From Ignavibacteriota bacterium (GTDB lineage: Bacteria; Bacteroidota; Ignavibacteria; Palsa-1295): 64,000 nt of DNA. Made by a program: the position numbers and the translations under genes. Positions 10,250 to 19,276 of this stretch are shown one piece after another. Position 1 is the first letter of the stretch, and every line of letters begins with the position of its first letter. The DNA is taken from contig CAWBEI010000002.1 in assembly GCA_963787835.1 (NCBI GenBank), positions 192,001 through 256,000 on the forward strand, read 5' to 3'. The notes below the pieces were generated by a model that was not told the origin of the DNA, made no database searches, and saw only the letters and a program-made list of their open reading frames with translations.

Positions 10250-10684
10250 TTATAAGTCTTTTACGAAGCGTTTCGTTTTCTCTTCGTAACCACAGCTCAA
10301 ATAGAATTGGTGCGTTTCGTGGCGTTGTATGCCGCTGGCAACCGCAATTCGCACGCATCCACTTTGTATTGCAAATGCTTCGACATGATCAATAAGTTTG
10401 CTTCCGATCCCTTGAGCACGCATAGTTTCCAGCACGCACATTGCGGTGATCGTTCCTATTCTTCCTTCCAGATGAAATGCTGGTTCCGAATCGAAACTTA
10501 GGAATCCAACAACTGCACCCTCCCGCTCTGCCGCAAAAACTTTCGCGCTCGCTCTCACCGACAATTCCTCCAACTTGCGAACAACGAATGAAGCATCCTG
10601 TGGATAGCCAAGTTGTGAAAGAAGAATAGCTAGCGCGTCGGCATCCTCATTCCCTGCTTCCCGGATTACAATGTCATGTGACAT
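10250..10684 (-). CDS. GNAT family N-acetyltransferase
   Basis: LLSQLGYP, acetyl-CoA motif RAQGIGSKL, HQFYLSCGY. Confidence 0.9.
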   Translation of the reverse strand: MSHDIVIREAGNEDADALAILLSQLGYPQDASFVVRKLEELSVRASAKVFAAEREGAVVGFLSFDSEPAFHLEGRIGTITAMCVLETMRAQGIGSKLIDHVEAFAIQSGCVRIAVASGIQRHETHQFYLSCGYEEKTKRFVKDL

Positions 10685-10696
10685 AAAAAATCAAAT

Positions 10697-10752
10697 CCTA
10701 AAAATCGTCCGCGTAATCCTTCCAAATCCGCGTAATCCCGGTTCTGTCCCCT
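10697..10752 (-). repeat. Right arm of ~55-bp inverted repeat flanking the GNAT gene
   Basis: CCTAAAAATCGTCCGCGTAATCC-TTCCA-AATCCGCGTAATCCCGGTTCTGTCCCCT; abuts and overlaps the yebC stop codon. Confidence 0.92.
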
Positions 10753-11476
10753 ACTTTAGATTATGATACACCGCCTGCACATCATCATCTTCTTCGAGCT
10801 TTTCGATGAGTTCCAGGACGGGTTCTTCGTCGGTTTCGGATAATTCTTTGAAGACGGTGGGCAGGCGTTGGACTTCCGCGCTTGTCACTGCGATCTTCCG
10901 TTCTTCGAGCGCTTTTGACATTCCTACAAAATCCGGGAAGGATGTCAGGATGGTCACTTCGGATGGTCGTTCATCCGTCCCTTCTTCGACTGTGATTTCC
11001 TCCGCGCCGAAATCGATCAGTTCCAATTCTAAATTATCAAGATCGATTCCTTCCGCCGGAAATTTGAACACGCCTTTACGCTCGAAAAGAAAATCAAGCG
11101 AGCCGGTGGTGGCAAGCTGACCGCCCGAGCGAACGAAGGCGCTGCGCACATTCGCGACGGTGCGCGTGGGGTTATCCGTCGCGCATTCCACGACGATCGG
11201 CACGCCCGATGGGCCGTAGCCTTCATACACCACTTCCTGAAATGCTTCCTGATCTTTGGAGGACGCGCGCTTGATCGCACCTTCGACGCGATCTTTGGGC
11301 ATGTTCACGCCTTTGGCGTTGGTGATGGCCATGCGAAGGCGCGAATTGCTATCGGGATCAGGGCCGCCCAATCGGACGGCAATAGCGATCTCTCGGCCAA
11401 TTTTGGTAAACGCTTTGGACATTTTGTCCCAGCGCTTAAATTTACGTGCTTTACGGAATTCGAATGCGCGACCCAT
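10751..11476 (-). CDS. yebC: YebC/PmpR family protein
   Basis: MGRAFEFRKARK, GGPDPDSNSRLR, YEGYGPSGV, TDNPTRT, LEEDDDVQAVYHN. Confidence 0.95.
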   Translation of the reverse strand: MGRAFEFRKARKFKRWDKMSKAFTKIGREIAIAVRLGGPDPDSNSRLRMAITNAKGVNMPKDRVEGAIKRASSKDQEAFQEVVYEGYGPSGVPIVVECATDNPTRTVANVRSAFVRSGGQLATTGSLDFLFERKGVFKFPAEGIDLDNLELELIDFGAEEITVEEGTDERPSEVTILTSFPDFVGMSKALEERKIAVTSAEVQRLPTVFKELSETDEEPVLELIEKLEEDDDVQAVYHNLK

Positions 11477-11481
11477 ATTTT

Positions 11482-11515
11482 AATTAAGAATTAACACTGA
11501 AGAATTGGAATTCAC
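11482..11515. repeat. Degenerate heptamer tandem repeat (AATTAAG-like) immediately upstream of the yebC start
   Basis: AATTAAG AATTAAC ACTGAAG AATTGG AATTCAC; same unit type as 33423-33457. Confidence 0.45.
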
Positions 11516-11521
11516 TTTGCT

Positions 11522-11669
11522 TGTCATCCTGAGCAGAGTTCATCCCTCCAGGCATCGCCCACGATGCCTGGAGGGATGGACGAAGTCGCAGGATCTCATG
11601 CAAAAGCCAAAGATCCTTCGACTACGCAAAACTCCGCTGTCGCTCCGTTTTGCTCCGCTCAGGATGACA
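11522..11669. repeat. REP-like composite palindromic element (TGTCATCCTGAGC...GCTCAGGATGACA family)
   Basis: 13-bp terminal inverted repeats 11522-11534 and 11657-11669; inner AGGATCT/AGATCCT pair; nested perfect 17-bp hairpin 11541-11578 with CCCA loop. Confidence 0.85.
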
Positions 11670-11759
11670 TTAGTTGAAACAGATAGTCGTTAGAAGCCCT
11701 AAACGGTTACGTAACATAATTTCGATTTGCTAATTCCTTGCGCCGCATGGGAAAGTCCG

Positions 11760-11767
11760 TATATTTG
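11760..11767 (+). promoter_or_regulatory. FCB-type -7 promoter box (TAnnTTTG) for the Yip1 gene
   Basis: TATATTTG ends 44 nt upstream of ATG 11812; TTG about 20 nt further upstream; palindrome GTTACGTAAC at 11706-11715. Confidence 0.55.
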
Positions 11768-11811
11768 CATTTGACAATTGTGTTTTTCATCCATTTAATC
11801 AAACAATCACC

Positions 11812-12411
11812 ATGAATTTATCAAATGCGAAGAATGTAGTGCTCAGCCAACAGTCCGAATGGACTCGTGTCATGTCCGACGAGAATGACAAATCCAGCCT
11901 CATGCGCTATGGCATGACACTGATCGTTATCACCTATGCGATCATGTTAGTCCTCTCACTTGTATTCAACAGCGGGATGGGTGTGTTCGTCTCGTTTTCC
12001 ATGACGTATGTCATCACCATGATCGTGATTCAATTCGTACTTGCGATCGCGTCCCTCTATTTTATTCCGATGATCCTTGCGGCCATTGCACCATCGTTTG
12101 GAGGCAAGAACGATGCGCTCAACGCACTCAAGCTCTATGTTTTCGTTGAAACACCCGCGTGGATCGGGATGGCCGTTTCAAGGCTGCCTGTTATCGGCTG
12201 GCTGGTAGCTATTGCTGCCGCTATCTATGCGATCTATCTGTTCTGGCTCCATGTGTCCGAAGCAATGACTGTTCCGGAAGATAAGAAGATCGGTTATGTG
12301 ATCGTCAGCGTGATCGTTCTCGCCGTTATTTATTTCGTGATCGGCGCGATAGGAGCGGGTATCGCAGCCATGGTATCGCCGGTTTCCGTCTTCCACGGGA
12401 TCCACTACTGA
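11812..12411 (+). CDS. Yip1 family membrane protein
   Basis: Five TM segments; EWTRV near the N-terminus; IAPSFGGKND, TPAWI, YAIYL, VPEDKKIGY. Confidence 0.8.
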   Translation: MNLSNAKNVVLSQQSEWTRVMSDENDKSSLMRYGMTLIVITYAIMLVLSLVFNSGMGVFVSFSMTYVITMIVIQFVLAIASLYFIPMILAAIAPSFGGKNDALNALKLYVFVETPAWIGMAVSRLPVIGWLVAIAAAIYAIYLFWLHVSEAMTVPEDKKIGYVIVSVIVLAVIYFVIGAIGAGIAAMVSPVSVFHGIHY

Positions 12412-12429
12412 CAAGAACGAGGGCCAGCG

Positions 12430-13336
12430 TTAGATCACATGCTCCGGGGCAAGCTCACAGCCGGGTGCCCCGCGCTCGACTTGAAGCGTGGTGTGCTCGA
12501 TGCCATAACGGTCATGCAATACGTGTGAGATCTCGAACAGGAGTTGATCATCCACGCTGCTTTCAGGAATAACAAGGTGCGCCGTGAGCACCACATGCGT
12601 GGTGCTCATCGCCCAAATATGCAGATCGTGAACCTCGCACACGCCCGGAACGCTCAGCAAATATTGCTCGATGGCAGCGGGATCGATCTGAGCGGGAACT
12701 GCATCGGCGGCGAGATTGAAGGAATCCCGCAAGACCGACCATGTCCCGAACGCGATCACGATGGAAATGATAATGCTCATCGCCGGATCGACCCATACCG
12801 CACCCGCCGCCATAATAATAATTCCCGCGATCACAACCCCGGCAGAAACAGCGGCATCGCCCGCCATGTGAAGGAACGCGGCCTTTACATTGAGATCGCC
12901 TTTTTCTGCCGCGTGCAAAGAGCCACGCAGACGCTGCATTCAGCACAATGCCAATTCCCGCAACAATAGAAACCACCCCACCCTCCACAGGAACCGGATG
13001 GTTGAGCCGCTCGATCGATGCGAATAAAATGGCGCCGGTGGTAACGAGCAGGATCCCGGCATTCAGCAGTGCAGCAAGGATCGTCGTGCGTCGGTAGCCG
13101 TAGGTGCGTTTCTGCGTCGGTGGACGCGCAGCCAGGATATTAGCGCCAAGCGCAAAAAGCAGGCTTAGAACATCCGTCAGGTTATGCCCCGCATCGGCAA
13201 TAAGCGCGATGGAATGGCTGAGAAATCCATAGATAACCTGAATGACCACGATCACAACATTCAACCCGATCGCGATCTTAAAACTCGCATTCGGGGACTC
13301 GCTGGCGGGTGCGTGATGATGGTGGTCATGCGGCAT
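12430..13336 (-). pseudogene. Cation diffusion facilitator (CzcD/ZitB-like) interrupted by a +1 frameshift, or a sequencing error
   Basis: N-half (HDHHHH, ALIADAGHNLTDV, TYGYRR) and C-half (DLNVKAAFLHMAGDA, VHDLHIWAMST, HTTLQVE) lie in different frames. Deleting one base of the T5 run at 12901-12905 restores GRKGDLNVK. Confidence 0.85.
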
Positions 13337-13408
13337 AGCAATGAAACAGCAAGAAGTGAAGTTTTGTCATTGCAGGCTCCGAGTGCATAATTTGTGTGTT
13401 ACAAAATA

Positions 13409-15043
13409 ATGGTATATCGACGGATATTAGTGACGGCTCTGTTAGCAGTTCTCTGCGGTTGTGCAGCTCCTAAAAAAATTACGACAGAAAAGCCCCCGCC
13501 TCAGCTGGCCGCGCCTACTACTCCAAAACCTGTACCCGCACCAGTTCCGTCACCCGCTCCAGTGCCCGTTCCCATGGGACTTCCGCCGGTTCCCGCATCT
13601 GCACACGATGCCCCATTACATATCAGCGTAGCCTATCCGGTTCCCAACCAATGGCGGCCCAATGTGGATTCTAATTTTATCTTTGGGACGGTTGGTAATG
13701 GCAATGCGTCGTTAAGCATCGATGGGTTCTCTGTGCCCGTGGCAAAGAACGGCGCATTTCTTGCCTTTCTTCCCATGCCCGAAAACGGTACCTATCATTT
13801 AGTGGCCCAGCACGGTATGGATCGAGATTCGATCACCGTTGCCTATAGTGCGAGAACGCTGGAGGAAACCCCGAAAAAGAATAGTCCGGATAAAAATTTC
13901 TCTCCAAAATTTGCCTTTATAACCAAAGGCAGCGATACGCTTCAGAACGGGAATGATGTCGCCTGTGGCGCACTTACGCCCGATGGGAACCGCGAGTGGT
14001 TCTTCCCGCTCGGCACACGGCTGCACCTTGTTGAGCATGAGGGAAAATATTACAAAGCAAAACTCGATAGCACCACCTTCGCATGGATCGCCGATAGCAA
14101 TTTTGACACAAAAAAATCGACGAGTCATATTATTTTATTAAACCGCCCTGTTGCCGGTCGTGCCGATATATTCCCCGCAACAGAATATATTAATCTTCTT
14201 ATTCCCAGCAGTTACAACCCATTTCAGATCAATACGACGGCATTTTCGGTTCGGATCCACGTCTATGGCGGCACATTACCTGGCTCATTCATTTCTTCCG
14301 GCAACGACCCTCTGATGAATGGCTGGAGCTACGATACGGTTCCCGGAGGTATCGAATATACCATCTTACTGACAAAGCCGGTCTGGGGATATAAAGTCTA
14401 TTACTCAGAAGATGGCTCGATCAATATTCGTATTCGGCGACCACCGGTGATCGATTCCAGCAATCCACTTATAGGCATACGTATCATGCTCGATCCGGGA
14501 CATCCGCCCGGCGGCGCGACGGGGCCGACGGGCATGATGGAGCGGGAAGCAAATCTTGCTGAGGCGTTAAAATTGAGAGATCAACTGACCGCAAAAGGCG
14601 CGATCGTGCTTATGACCCACGAAACACTAAGCGGTTTAGTAAGCGATGTGAACCAAACGGAAGAATTAGAAGCACGCTCGTTACTTGGGGTGCAGTCCAA
14701 CGTCGATCTGTATCTAAGCGTCCACAACAATGCGTTCCCAGATGGGACCGATCCGTTCCTGAAATATGGAACCTCGACCTATTATTTCCATCCTTTCTCT
14801 GCTCAGTTTGCAATCGATCTGGATAAAGAGATCGTGGCCGTTACACGCATCCCCGATCTTGGCGCGAAATTCAAAAGCCTGGCCGTCTGCCGCCCAACCT
14901 GGATGCCGTGCGCCCTGACCGAATCGCTGTACATGATGTTCCCCGATCAGGAAGCAGCCTTGCGCAACCCGGATTTCCTCGATAAACTTGCCGCCGCACA
15001 TGTTCGCGGCATCGAGGATTTCTTGCGGGAACGGGCTCAGTAA
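13409..15043 (+). CDS. N-acetylmuramoyl-L-alanine amidase (Amidase_3) lipoprotein with Pro-rich linker
   Basis: Lipobox-like VLCGC; MLDPGHPP, EREANL, LSVHNNA, ALTES. ATG 13409 preferred. Confidence 0.85.
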   Translation: MVYRRILVTALLAVLCGCAAPKKITTEKPPPQLAAPTTPKPVPAPVPSPAPVPVPMGLPPVPASAHDAPLHISVAYPVPNQWRPNVDSNFIFGTVGNGNASLSIDGFSVPVAKNGAFLAFLPMPENGTYHLVAQHGMDRDSITVAYSARTLEETPKKNSPDKNFSPKFAFITKGSDTLQNGNDVACGALTPDGNREWFFPLGTRLHLVEHEGKYYKAKLDSTTFAWIADSNFDTKKSTSHIILLNRPVAGRADIFPATEYINLLIPSSYNPFQINTTAFSVRIHVYGGTLPGSFISSGNDPLMNGWSYDTVPGGIEYTILLTKPVWGYKVYYSEDGSINIRIRRPPVIDSSNPLIGIRIMLDPGHPPGGATGPTGMMEREANLAEALKLRDQLTAKGAIVLMTHETLSGLVSDVNQTEELEARSLLGVQSNVDLYLSVHNNAFPDGTDPFLKYGTSTYYFHPFSAQFAIDLDKEIVAVTRIPDLGAKFKSLAVCRPTWMPCALTESLYMMFPDQEAALRNPDFLDKLAAAHVRGIEDFLRERAQ

Positions 15044-15058
15044 AATAATTAGATAACT

Positions 15059-16636
15059 CTAAATGTATTCGCCGAAGACATGGCGGAGGGCGTCCGAAAT
15101 TTCGCCGAGGGTGGCATAAGCTTCCACGGCGGCAATGAGGCGTGGCATGAGGTTCTCGCCATCCTTGGCTGCGCGCTCCACTTCGGCGAGCGCATCGCTG
15201 GTGATCCTGGCATCGCGGCGAGTGCGAAGGTTTTGCACGGCGGCGATCCGGCGGGCTTCGAGTTCGGGATCGATGCGGAGCGTTTCGGGCGCGACAAGTT
15301 CCTCCGTGACGAACTCGTTCACGCCGACGACGATGGCCTCTTTCGTTTCCACTTTCTTCTGGAACTCGTATGCGCTTTGTGCGATCCGTTCCTGATAAAA
15401 TCCGGCTTCGATGGCGCTGACCGCTCCGCCGATAGCTGCAATTTCGCTCATGAGCATTTCGGCTCTTCGAATAAGTTCCGAGGTGAGATATTCGACGAAA
15501 TAGCTCCCCGCCATCGGATCGACGGTATCGGCAATTCCCGATTCGCACGCAATGATCTGCTGAGTGCGAAGCGCGGTGCGGGCGGCCTCTTCGGTAGGCA
15601 GGGCAAGGGCTTCATCCTTGCCATTGGTATGCAGGGACTGGGTTCCACCGAGCACCGCAGCCATCGCCTCGATAGTGGTGCGAACGATATTGTTCTCGAC
15701 CTGTTGTGCCGTCAGCGTGGAACCGGCGGTCTGCGAATGGAACCGGAGTTTCATCGAGTTGGGATTTTTTGCATGGAACCTGTCGCGTATGATGCCCGCC
15801 CAGAGCGTCCGGGCCGCGCGGAACTTAGCAATTTCCTCGAAGAAATTGGAGTGAGCATTGAAGAAGAAGGAGAGCCGAGGGGCGAAGTCGTCGATGGAGA
15901 GCCCGGCACCGATCGCCGCCTCGACATACGCGATGCCGTTAGCGAGCGTGAAGGCGATTTCCTCAACGGCCGTGGAACCCGCTTCGCGAATGTGATAGCC
16001 GGAAATGGAAATGGTGTTCCACGAAGGAAGTTCCGCAGCGCACCAGCGGAAAATATCCGTCACGATCCGCATGGATTGCAATGGAGGATAGATATAGGTT
16101 CCACGAGCAGCGTATTCCTTCAGGATGTCATTCTGGACCGTTCCGGAAAGTAGTTTCAGATCGGCACCCTGCTTTTTAGCTTTTGCCACGTAAAGCGCCA
16201 GCAGGATCGCAGCCGTGGCATTGATCGTCATCGAAGTGGAAATTTTCGCCATTTCGATGCCATCGAAGAGGATATCGAAATCCTCCAGCGAATCGATGGC
16301 GACGCCGACGCGACCAACTTCGCCGGCGGCCATCGGGTGATCGGAATCGTAGCCGATCTGGGTGGGCAGATCGAAGGCGATGGAAAGTCCGGTTGTACCA
16401 GAGGCCAGCAGGTATTTGTACCGCCGGTTGGATTCCTCGGCGCTGCCGAAACCAGCATACTGACGCATCGTCCAGAGCCGAGAACGGTACATTTCGGGGT
16501 AAATGCCGCGAGTAAAGGGAAATTCGCTGGCATCGAGAGCTGGGGCAACCGCTCTATCCTGCGATGGAAGGGGCTTGTTGATACGCTCGATGGGTATCCC
16601 GGAGCTGGTTTCGAATTTGGCTTTACGCAATGGCAT
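15059..16636 (-). CDS. Methylmalonyl-CoA mutase, substrate-binding (large) subunit without a fused B12-binding domain
   Basis: [17 protein letters not shown] (Tyr specificity residue), [38 protein letters not shown]; no DxHxxG motif. Confidence 0.92.
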   Translation of the reverse strand: MPLRKAKFETSSGIPIERINKPLPSQDRAVAPALDASEFPFTRGIYPEMYRSRLWTMRQYAGFGSAEESNRRYKYLLASGTTGLSIAFDLPTQIGYDSDHPMAAGEVGRVGVAIDSLEDFDILFDGIEMAKISTSMTINATAAILLALYVAKAKKQGADLKLLSGTVQNDILKEYAARGTYIYPPLQSMRIVTDIFRWCAAELPSWNTISISGYHIREAGSTAVEEIAFTLANGIAYVEAAIGAGLSIDDFAPRLSFFFNAHSNFFEEIAKFRAARTLWAGIIRDRFHAKNPNSMKLRFHSQTAGSTLTAQQVENNIVRTTIEAMAAVLGGTQSLHTNGKDEALALPTEEAARTALRTQQIIACESGIADTVDPMAGSYFVEYLTSELIRRAEMLMSEIAAIGGAVSAIEAGFYQERIAQSAYEFQKKVETKEAIVVGVNEFVTEELVAPETLRIDPELEARRIAAVQNLRTRRDARITSDALAEVERAAKDGENLMPRLIAAVEAYATLGEISDALRHVFGEYI

Positions 16637-16640
16637 GGGA

Positions 16641-16648
16641 CAAAAATA
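16641..16648 (-). promoter_or_regulatory. TAnnTTTG promoter box 4 nt upstream of the mutase ATG (candidate leaderless mRNA)
   Basis: Minus strand TATTTTTG-tccc-ATG. Confidence 0.55.
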
Positions 16649-16744
16649 CGGCTAATTTCGGATGGGGGAAGCATTCGGGCATAGGTTGCGTTAGCGAACG
16701 CTCCGAAACAGAACCTATTATAGAGCCGTACTTAGCCCGAACGA

Positions 16745-18163
16745 ATGGAAAAATCCGCTGCAACCACCCCCCGCCCCCGCCTTGAAAAGTCGGTGGAGAA
16801 TGTTCCTCTTACTGGTCATGCCGCCGCATTGGAGGGGAAGCTTAAAAATAAGACGGCGAAGATCGGAGTCGTGGGGCTGGGATATGTCGGGCTACCGCTG
16901 GCGATAGAATTCGCCAAGAAGGGATTCGAAACGGTCGGCATCGATCTCGACAAATCGAAAGTTGAATCGCTGCAAAAAGGGAAAAATTACATTCAGGATA
17001 TTCCGGATGCCGAGGTTAGCGAGGCTGTCAAGAATGGGACGTTTCGAGCACAAGCCAATTATGAAAATTGCGGTAAGCTGGACGTCATCTATATTTGCGT
17101 TCCCACGCCTTTTACCGAGAATAAAGATCCCGACATCAGCTATATCACGAGTTCGGCGGAATCGATCGCAAAGGAGTTACGCGATGGTCAGCTTATCATT
17201 CTGAAATCGACAACTTTTCCCAATACTACGGAAGGCTCGGTTCAGCCCATCTTCGAAAAGAATGGAAAGAAAGTTGGCAAGGATTTTTTCCTCGCGTTCA
17301 GCCCGGAACGAATCGATCCGGGAAATCAGAAATGGACGACAGCGAATACGCCGATCGTTGTTGGCGGTGTAACGCCAAGTTGCACAAGGCTCGCAGTCCT
17401 GACGAATGAACAGATCATTCAGAATGTCATCGCAGTCAGCGGACCAAAAGTCGCTGAAATGGAAAAGCTGCTGGAAAATATTTTCCGGTCGGTGAATATC
17501 GCATTGGTAAATGAACTTGCAAAGCTTTGCGACCGAATGGGTGGAATTAATATGTGGGAAGTCGTCGATGCTGCGGCAACGAAGCCATTCGGATTTATGC
17601 CATTCTATCCAGGGCCGGGAATTGGCGGGCATTGCATTCTGATCGATCCATTTTACTTATCATGGCAAGCGCGAGCTTATGATTTCGAGACGAATTTCAT
17701 CACGCTTGCAGCGGAGACGAACGAGTCCATGCCGTTTTATGTGAAGGACTTGGTTTTCAAAGCTGTCGCAGAACTTCCGATACGCTTGCGAGATGCGAAA
17801 ATTTTAATGATCGGCGTAGCATTCAAGCGCGACGTGGATGACACGCGGCACTCCCCCGCTATCCGTGTCATGGAATTGTTGCTCGATGATGGAGCATCGC
17901 ATATTGATTTTACTGACCCATTCGTAGAAAAGATCAACGTCAAAGGCAGAGATTTTACTGCAAAGCCGTTCGATGCCAAGACGCTGCAATCGGCGGATGT
18001 TGTCATTATCACGACCGATCACTCGCAATACGACTATGAGTTCCTGGTTCGAAACGCATCACATATCATCGATACAAGAAATGCAACCAAACACATTCAC
18101 GAACCGGAGCTTCGTGAAAAGATCGTTCTGCTTGGATCGGGAAATCGCCATACGACCGCGTAA
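16745..18163 (+). CDS. UDP-N-acetylhexosamine 6-dehydrogenase (WbpA/WecC family)
   Basis: GLGYVGLPLA, ICVPTP, FSPERIDPGN, KLLENIFRSVNIALVNEL, GPGIGGHCI, AFKRDVDDTRHSP. Confidence 0.92.
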   Translation: MEKSAATTPRPRLEKSVENVPLTGHAAALEGKLKNKTAKIGVVGLGYVGLPLAIEFAKKGFETVGIDLDKSKVESLQKGKNYIQDIPDAEVSEAVKNGTFRAQANYENCGKLDVIYICVPTPFTENKDPDISYITSSAESIAKELRDGQLIILKSTTFPNTTEGSVQPIFEKNGKKVGKDFFLAFSPERIDPGNQKWTTANTPIVVGGVTPSCTRLAVLTNEQIIQNVIAVSGPKVAEMEKLLENIFRSVNIALVNELAKLCDRMGGINMWEVVDAAATKPFGFMPFYPGPGIGGHCILIDPFYLSWQARAYDFETNFITLAAETNESMPFYVKDLVFKAVAELPIRLRDAKILMIGVAFKRDVDDTRHSPAIRVMELLLDDGASHIDFTDPFVEKINVKGRDFTAKPFDAKTLQSADVVIITTDHSQYDYEFLVRNASHIIDTRNATKHIHEPELREKIVLLGSGNRHTTA

Positions 18164-18166
18164 ATT

Positions 18167-19276
18167 TTGACAAAGAAAAAAATTCTGTTCGTCGTTGGCG
18201 CTCGCCCGAACTTCATGAAGGTCGCGCCGGTGCTGGAGGCCGTTCGCGCAACTGGGAAATTCGATTCTATCCTTGTTCATACCGGCCAACATTACGATGC
18301 TAATATGTCGGATGTGTTCTTCAGCGATCTCGACATGCCCCAGCCAGATCGGTTTCTTGGCATTGGCTCTGGAACTCATGCACAGCAGACGGCGAAAGTA
18401 ATGATCGAGATGGAAAAGCTTCTGGTCGAAGAAAAGCCTGATCTTGTGATGGTTGCTGGCGATGTGAATTCAACACTTGCCACTGCGCTTGTTGCAGCTA
18501 AAGCTGGAATTCCACTTGGACATATCGAATCGGGATTGCGCTCGTTCGATCGCTCCATGCCCGAAGAAATTAACAGAATAGTGGCCGATGAATTCTCCCG
18601 ATTCTGTTTTGTGACCGAGCCGAGTGGGCTTAAAAATCTGGAGTATGAAGGAATATCGAACGATCGGGTGTTTGTTGTAGGCAATACGATGATCGATTCA
18701 GTGCAAAAATATTTACCTAAAGCACGCGAACGATTTCCGGAACTCGCACAGAAATACGGAATTGAGTCGAAAAATTACGCTCTTGTTACCCTGCATCGGC
18801 CAAGCAACGTGGATGAACCGGCTGGACTCACACGCTTTGTGGAGCTTTTTGAGCGCATGTCCTCGTTTGTGTCTCGCATCGTTTTCCCCATTCATCCTCG
18901 CACTCGGAAGCAGCTCGAAGCATTTGGCTTAGATGCTCGCGTTCGAGAAAATCAGCGTTTGTCGCTGATCGCCCCGGCTGGGTATCTTGATTTTTTGGCT
19001 TTGCAGGATTCAGCGGGTGTCGTTCTAACAGATTCCGGAGGTATTCAGGAAGAAACAACCGCACTTGGAATCCCGTGCATCACTTTACGAGAGAACACGG
19101 AACGGCCGATCACAGTCGAAGAAGGAACCAACGAGCTTGTTGGGCTGAACATGGAACTGGCCCTTAAATTTTCGAAGGCCGCATTAGCAGGACATTGGAA
19201 ATCGCATCAAGTTCCCATACTGTGGGATGGACATGCGGCAAATCGTATTGCAGCTATTTTAGAATCATCATTTTGA
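18167..19276 (+). CDS. wecB: UDP-N-acetylglucosamine 2-epimerase (non-hydrolysing)
   Basis: GARPNFMK, HTGQHYD, GDVNST, HIESGLRSFDRSMPEEINR, TDSGGIQEE, RENTERP. Confidence 0.93.
   Translation: MTKKKILFVVGARPNFMKVAPVLEAVRATGKFDSILVHTGQHYDANMSDVFFSDLDMPQPDRFLGIGSGTHAQQTAKVMIEMEKLLVEEKPDLVMVAGDVNSTLATALVAAKAGIPLGHIESGLRSFDRSMPEEINRIVADEFSRFCFVTEPSGLKNLEYEGISNDRVFVVGNTMIDSVQKYLPKARERFPELAQKYGIESKNYALVTLHRPSNVDEPAGLTRFVELFERMSSFVSRIVFPIHPRTRKQLEAFGLDARVRENQRLSLIAPAGYLDFLALQDSAGVVLTDSGGIQEETTALGIPCITLRENTERPITVEEGTNELVGLNMELALKFSKAALAGHWKSHQVPILWDGHAANRIAAILESSF

Noticed and set aside
10179-10752. Autonomous IS element, integron attC cassette or CRISPR interpretation of the GNAT-flanking repeats
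   Set aside because: No transposase or integrase, no GTTRRRY-bounded attC structure, and the repeats are inverted and two-copy rather than direct with spacers.
11505-11693. 62-aa ORF in the yebC/Yip1 intergenic region
   Set aside because: Almost entirely the REP-like element read through; no independent coding evidence.
13490-13600. Pro-Ala-Pro-Val repeats in the amidase gene as a DNA repeat element
   Set aside because: Ordinary low-complexity protein linker with varied codons.
15080-16153. 357-aa ORF antisense to the mutase (likewise 56075-56914, 60567-61181, 9217-9819, 5288-5848)
   Set aside because: Shadow ORFs on the opposite strand of conserved genes with no recognisable motifs; expected from codon bias.
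15059-16636. Isobutyryl-CoA or 2-hydroxyisobutyryl-CoA mutase
   Set aside because: The RQYAGF motif has Tyr, typical of methylmalonyl-CoA mutase, rather than Phe or Ile.
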